DNA of 21,433 nucleotides, from the NCBI GenBank assembly GCA_045545475.1, contig JAZQAZ010000004.1, forward strand, positions 1 to 21,433, written 5' to 3'. The notes beneath the pieces were generated by a model that was given only the letters and a program-made list of their open reading frames with translations, did no database searches and was not told the origin of the DNA. This stretch comes from Clostridia bacterium (GTDB lineage Bacteria > Bacillota > Clostridia > CAKSNL01 > HGM11501). Within the stretch, counting starts at the first letter, position 1. Each line of letters begins with the position of its first letter. The position numbers and the translations under genes are program-made. Shown here one piece after another: positions 17,107 through 21,433 of this stretch.

Positions 17107-19289
17107 TATAAGTGCAATACCCTTTCCTTGATTTCCTGAGTTCTGCCCTGATTCCAATACTGTGAGCCTATATAACCGCAGGTTCTTCTTGCGACATTCA
17201 TCTTTGCCTGGTCACGGTTTTTGCAGTTGGGGCATTCCCAGATAAGCTTTCCGTCGTCTTCCTTGATAAGGATTTCACCGTCATATCCGCAAACCTGACA
17301 GTAGTCGGACTTTGTATTAAGCTCGGCATACATAATGTTGTCATAGATAAACTTCATTACGTTAAGTACCGCGGGAATGTTATCCTGCATATTGGGAACT
17401 TCAACGTAGCTTATTGCTCCGCCGGGAGAAAGTGCCTGGAATTTTGCTTCAAGAGCAAGCTTTGAGAAAGCGTCAATATCTTCGGTTACGTGAACGTGGT
17501 AAGAATTTGTGATATAGTTTTTATCTGTTACGCCGCTGATTTTACCGAATCTCTTCTGAAGGCACTTAGCAAACTTGTATGTGGTGGACTCCAGTGGTGT
17601 TCCGTAAAGTGAATAGTCAATATTTTCTTCAGCCTTCCACTTGCGGCAAGCGGCATTTAATGCTTCAAGCACCTTGATACCGAATTCCTCACCCTCTTTT
17701 TCGGTGAGCTTTTTGCCGGTAATGGCGTATACACACTCCCAAAGACCTGCAAAGCCTAAAGAAATTGTGGAATATCCGCCGTGGAGAAGCTCGGTTATTG
17801 CTGTACCCTTGGGAAGACGTGCGATTGCACCGTACTGCCAGAGGATGGGGGCTGCATCAGAAAGTGTTCCTTCAAGTCTTTCGTGACGGCACTGAAGTGC
17901 TCTGTGGCAAAGCTCAAGTCTTTCTTCAAGCACTTCCCAGAACTTCTTTTCGTCCTTACTTTCAGCTCTTGCTGTGCATGCAACGTCAACCAGGTTAATG
18001 GTTACAACGCCCTGATTGAAACGTCCGTAATACTTGGGGTTACCGTCTTTGTCAACATAAGGTGTTAAGAAGCTTCTGCAACCCATGCAGGTGTAGCAGT
18101 GGCCTTCGCCATTTTTATCCTTTTTGAGTTCAAGCATAATTTTTTCGGAGATATAGTCGGGAACCATTCTCTTTGCGGTACATTTAGCAGCAAGCTCGGT
18201 TAAGTACCAGTAGGGAGAATCTTCCTTGATGTTATCTTCTTCAAGAACGTAGATAAGCTTGGGGAATGCAGGTGTTACATACACACCGGCTTCGTTCTTT
18301 ACGCCCTCGCATCTCTGACGGAGAACCTCTTCGATAATTAAAGCAAGGTCACGTTTCAAGCCGGGATCCTTTGCCTCGTTAAGGTACATAAACACTGTAA
18401 CGAAAGGTGCCTGACCGTTGGTGGTTAAAAGTGTAACAACCTGATACTGAATAGTCTGAACACCTCTCTTGATTTCGTCAAGCAGGCGTGTTTCAACAAT
18501 CTTTGTAAGCTTTTCTTCCGTAACGTCAATTTCAGCTTCGGCAAATTCAGATTCCACCTGACGGCGGATTTTCTCTCTTGAAATCTGCACGAAGGGTGCA
18601 AGATGCGTAAGGCTTATGCTCTGACCGCCGTACTGGTTGCTGGCAACCTGTGCGATAATCTGAGTTGCAATGTTGCAGGCGGTGGAAAAGCTGTGAGGCT
18701 TTTCGATCATGGTTCCGGAAATAACGGTACCGTTCTGAAGCATATCCTCCAAGTTTACAAGGTCGCAATTGTGCATATGCTGTGCGAAATAGTCAGCATC
18801 GTGGAAGTGGATGATACCTGCTTCGTGTGCATCTACAATGTCCTGGGGTAAAAGGATTCTTTTTGTGATATCCTTACTTACTTCGCCCGCCATATAGTCA
18901 CGCTGAACGCTGTTTACCGTGGGGTTTTTATTGGAGTTTTCCTGCTTAACCTCTTCGTTGTTACATTCGATAAGAGAAAGAATCTGATTGTCTGTAGTGT
19001 TTGCAACTCTGGCAAGGTTTCTTGTGAAACGGTATCTTATATATCTCTTTGCTGTTTCGGGAGCACCCTGCAAAATGATGTGGGTTTCAACAAGCTCCTG
19101 AATTTCTTCCACGCTCATCGCTCTTCCGATGTCACGGCAATAGTCCTCAATAACTAGGGAAATGTAGTCAATCTGGCGGTCAGTAAGTTCCTTCTGTCCG
19201 CTGGTTGCCGCATTTGCTCCTTCTATAGCCTTTTTGATTTTTATTCTGTCAAACTCTGCCTCGGATCCGTTACGTTTGATAATCTTCAT
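17106..19289 (-). CDS. nrdD: Class III anaerobic ribonucleoside-triphosphate reductase with ATP cone
   Basis: IIKRNG ATP cone, MGCRSFL, GRFNQGVVTINL, CxxC..CxxC zinc site, RTCGY glycyl-radical motif. Confidence 0.97.
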   Translation of the reverse strand: MKIIKRNGSEAEFDRIKIKKAIEGANAATSGQKELTDRQIDYISLVIEDYCRDIGRAMSVEEIQELVETHIILQGAPETAKRYIRYRFTRNLARVANTTDNQILSLIECNNEEVKQENSNKNPTVNSVQRDYMAGEVSKDITKRILLPQDIVDAHEAGIIHFHDADYFAQHMHNCDLVNLEDMLQNGTVISGTMIEKPHSFSTACNIATQIIAQVASNQYGGQSISLTHLAPFVQISREKIRRQVESEFAEAEIDVTEEKLTKIVETRLLDEIKRGVQTIQYQVVTLLTTNGQAPFVTVFMYLNEAKDPGLKRDLALIIEEVLRQRCEGVKNEAGVYVTPAFPKLIYVLEEDNIKEDSPYWYLTELAAKCTAKRMVPDYISEKIMLELKKDKNGEGHCYTCMGCRSFLTPYVDKDGNPKYYGRFNQGVVTINLVDVACTARAESKDEKKFWEVLEERLELCHRALQCRHERLEGTLSDAAPILWQYGAIARLPKGTAITELLHGGYSTISLGFAGLWECVYAITGKKLTEKEGEEFGIKVLEALNAACRKWKAEENIDYSLYGTPLESTTYKFAKCLQKRFGKISGVTDKNYITNSYHVHVTEDIDAFSKLALEAKFQALSPGGAISYVEVPNMQDNIPAVLNVMKFIYDNIMYAELNTKSDYCQVCGYDGEILIKEDDGKLIWECPNCKNRDQAKMNVARRTCGYIGSQYWNQGRTQEIKERVLHL

Positions 19290-19398
19290 AAAATTCCCTC
19301 TCTTTTTCCTTTTAGTTCTTTATTTTTACATATTTTAAAAACATAATTAGTGAGCATTACCCATTATATTATAAAGATTTTATATAGTAAAATAATTT

Positions 19399-19416
19399 TT
19401 GTTGCATTTGCAACAA
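19399..19416. promoter_or_regulatory. Dyad, candidate Crp/Fnr-family operator
   Basis: TTGTTGCA-TT-TGCAACAA inverted repeat between nrdD and the Crp/Fnr gene. Confidence 0.55.
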
Positions 19417-19429
19417 TTTTGTGATAAAA

Positions 19430-19476
19430 TAACAATATATAGGGTTTTATTTTTTAAAAATAACAAGATATAGGGG
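19430..19476. promoter_or_regulatory. Tandem NrdR boxes
   Basis: Minus strand ACCCTATATATTGTTA (19430-19445) and CCCCTATATCTTGTTA (19461-19476), 31 bp apart, upstream of nrdD. Confidence 0.8.
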
Positions 19477-19484
19477 GTATTTTT

Positions 19485-20162
19485 ATGCCTTTTTCTGAAA
19501 AAAAAGTGGCAAAAAGCCTTGAAACACAAGGTTTTCAAGGTTTTTCGGCATCGGATTTTGCCCGCCTGAAATCATCGGTCAGCTCTACTACCAACTACTA
19601 TATGCAAGGAGAGAAAATTTTCCGTTATTCAAAGCTGGGGATTTCAAACATTGCATATATAAGTGAAGGAAGTGTTTACATTTCTGCCACGGACCTTTCG
19701 GGGAAAACGGTGAGCAACGAGTCATTTAAAAAAGGAGATATAATCGGGGAACTTTTCGGCTTTCCGCCAAACGGTTTTGATTATACCGTTTACGCAAAGA
19801 GCGACTGCTCTGTTGTCTTTTTTGATGCAGTAAAGCTATTGCACCCCTGCGAAAATATGTGCCGTCACCATACCGCCTTTTTAAATGAACTTTTTAAAAA
19901 AGCGGCACTCCGTTTGGCGGAAAGAGAAGAAAGGCTGTTATTTTTGGGCTATAAAACGCTCCGTGAAAAGCTCTCTGCCTATCTTAGAAACCAAAGCTAC
20001 TTATCAAAGTCAGATTCTTTTGACATCCCTATGAGCCAGACGGAGCTTGCATCCTACCTTCTGACAGACAGAAGTGCCCTTGCCCGCGAGCTTTCTATTA
20101 TGAAAGCAGAAGGAATGATTAATTATAAAGGAAGGCATTTTGAGATTCTGAAGGCAGAATAA
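19485..20162 (+). CDS. Crp/Fnr-family transcriptional regulator
   Basis: cNMP-like domain (GDIIGE); C-terminal HTH SQTELASYLLTDRSALARELSIMKAEGMI; CENMCRHH motif. Confidence 0.9.
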   Translation: MPFSEKKVAKSLETQGFQGFSASDFARLKSSVSSTTNYYMQGEKIFRYSKLGISNIAYISEGSVYISATDLSGKTVSNESFKKGDIIGELFGFPPNGFDYTVYAKSDCSVVFFDAVKLLHPCENMCRHHTAFLNELFKKAALRLAEREERLLFLGYKTLREKLSAYLRNQSYLSKSDSFDIPMSQTELASYLLTDRSALARELSIMKAEGMINYKGRHFEILKAE

Positions 20163-20182
20163 AAACTTTTTTATTTTTTCAC

Positions 20183-20211
20183 TTGACAACCCTTTTTATT
20201 TGTGCTATAAT
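20183..20211 (+). promoter_or_regulatory. Sigma-A promoter of tRNA-Trp
   Basis: TTGACA-17 nt-TATAAT with TG extension. Confidence 0.85.
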
Positions 20212-20228
20212 TTCATAGTCGTGAATAC

Positions 20229-20304
20229 AGGGGTATAGCTCAGTTGGTAGAGCAGTGGTCTCCAAAACCACGTGCCGTGAGTTCAAGTCTTACTGCCCCT
20301 GCCA
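20229..20304 (+). tRNA. tRNA-Trp(CCA)
   Basis: AGGGGTATAGCTCAGTTGGTAGAGCA-GTGGT CT CCA AA ACCAC-...GTTCAAGTC...TGCCCCTGCCA. Confidence 0.95.
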
Positions 20305-20342
20305 AAACAAGAAACCGTCCAAAAGGACGGTTTTTTTGTTTT
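20304..20342 (+). terminator. Terminator after tRNA-Trp
   Basis: AAACCGTCC-AAAA-GGACGGTTTTTTT. Confidence 0.8.
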
Positions 20343-20353
20343 AATTGGATATG

Positions 20354-20525
20354 AGACTTGAACGAGCGGCACGTGGAACGTGAACGTGTGAGGTCGCGAG
20401 CGCCGCCGGTGGCGGATGAAGCGAGCGTAACGATGCGAAGCGGTCGAAAGTTGTGGCGGGAGCCAAAACAACTTTCGGGCACCGCAAGTCGGGCGAAGCC
20501 TTTCTGAGTCTTACTGCCCCTGCCA
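20354..20525. repeat. GC-rich tRNA-associated element ending in a 19-bp duplicate of the tRNA-Trp 3' end
   Basis: 20354-20363 is the reverse complement of 20281-20290; 20507-20525 is identical to 20286-20304. Confidence 0.75.
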
Positions 20526-20527
20526 CG

Positions 20528-20557
20528 AAAAAAGCACTTCTTCGGAAGTGCTTTTTT
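20528..20557. terminator. Terminator after the duplicated tRNA 3' end
   Basis: AAAAAAGCACTTC-TTCG-GAAGTGCTTTTTT. Confidence 0.8.
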
Positions 20558-20560
20558 CAA

Positions 20561-20731
20561 TGAAATTTGCCTATGGCAAGTGAAATAGCTCCGCTATGAA
20601 ATACTGCTACGCAGTGTGAAATACGCCTTTTGGCGTATGAAAAGGCAAATTTTATTTCACTTTCTGCGAAGCAGAAAATTTCACAATTTACGAAGTAAAT
20701 TATTTCACATCGAGCATAGCGAGATATTTCA
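20561..20731. repeat. TGAAAT/ATTTCA mini-hairpin array with mirror symmetry
   Basis: TGAAAT at 20561, 20581, 20597, 20617; ATTTCA at 20654, 20678, 20702, 20726; short palindromes between motifs. Confidence 0.75.
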
Positions 20732-20812
20732 TTTTCTTAAATTTAATCATCAATTTCGCATACGGTCGCATCCGTTTCGGGGCGTTCCGTCTGCTACATC
20801 ATCATTTTAGCA

Positions 20813-21433
20813 TCATTTGATTTCATACTTTTTATTCTGATATACATCGATTGCAGTCAGGCTTCCATCCTTGTTAACCGAAAGCTGAAAACCACCTGTT
20901 TTTTCCTTTGGCTCGATGTAGAATACATTTTCTTCCGGATTCCGTAAATGCCAGCGCTTGATGTCTGTGTCCGAGTCCAGGATAACTGCATACACTGCGA
21001 TATAATCTGTGGTGTACTCTGTAGATTTATAATCATAAATCAACGCCGAACCCTCTATTCCCTGCCCAAGACGGTTTGGCTCCGGATGATAGCAATCATG
21101 CATATAGCCCCAATTCATCTTCATTTCCGATTCTTGTCCGTTGACGGCTAAGGGCAAAAATTTCATACCAACGCCATTTCTGCGGAAAACAATTCTCTTA
21201 CCATAAAATATTCTGTCATCGGTTTGGTCGCCTCTGTTGTTGATTAAAAAGTGACTGACAGGTTTTACGGGAATATTCGATTTGATTCTGTCGACTATAA
21301 ACATCATATTTCCGCCAAGCACAAGCCATGTTCTTTGAGCTTTCTGGATATCTTCACCATACACTTTACCACAATCGCTTTGAGCGATGAACAGATTATC
21401 TGTTTTTTCGCAGCGCTCTAAGGTATTCATAGG
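20813..21433 (-). CDS. C-terminal part of a larger protein, possibly heparinase II/III-like
   Basis: Frame is open to the window edge; SDCGKVY...RTWLV..MFIVDRI resembles the heparinase II/III beta-sandwich. Confidence 0.5.
   Translation of the reverse strand, partial: PMNTLERCEKTDNLFIAQSDCGKVYGEDIQKAQRTWLVLGGNMMFIVDRIKSNIPVKPVSHFLINNRGDQTDDRIFYGKRIVFRRNGVGMKFLPLAVNGQESEMKMNWGYMHDCYHPEPNRLGQGIEGSALIYDYKSTEYTTDYIAVYAVILDSDTDIKRWHLRNPEENVFYIEPKEKTGGFQLSVNKDGSLTAIDVYQNKKYEIK

Noticed and set aside
19511-19545. Hairpin AAAAGCCTTGAAAC...GTTTTCAAGGTTTT early in the Crp/Fnr gene as a possible element end
   Set aside because: The reading frame is intact and plausible for the family, with no second copy or other mobility evidence.
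20561-20731. Possible CRISPR array
   Set aside because: The constant part is only 6-7 bp, units are 16-24 bp, the spacers are palindromic, and there are no cas genes.
20240-20810. ORFs across tRNA-Trp and the downstream repeats
   Set aside because: Shadow ORFs over a tRNA, terminators and hairpin arrays.

Overview
AT-rich chromosomal window from a Clostridia-like Firmicute. Left part, all on the minus strand: a ~590-nt OLE ncRNA with its own sigma-A promoter, then oapA-dxs-tlyA-LUD gene-walR-walK-like genes, a small exported protein, yycH/yycI-like genes and tRNA-Arg(CCG). A divergent secreted C39-like peptidase follows. Centre (~12.35-16.7 kb): an accessory locus directly behind nrdG, bounded by a duplicated and diverged nrdG 3' end. 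It holds an apparent polymorphic toxin system: a peptidoglycan-binding N-terminus, a conserved linker, a permuted papain-like tip and an immunity-like gene. A silent, in-frame orphan tip plus immunity unit follows. The units form ~1.4-kb tandem cassettes with sharp GACGT boundaries and a shared ~70-bp tail with inverted ends. Right part: nrdDG with tandem NrdR boxes, a divergent Crp/Fnr regulator, tRNA-Trp followed by structured repeats, and a truncated heparinase II/III-like gene. All calls come from reading the sequence by eye; no searches were run.
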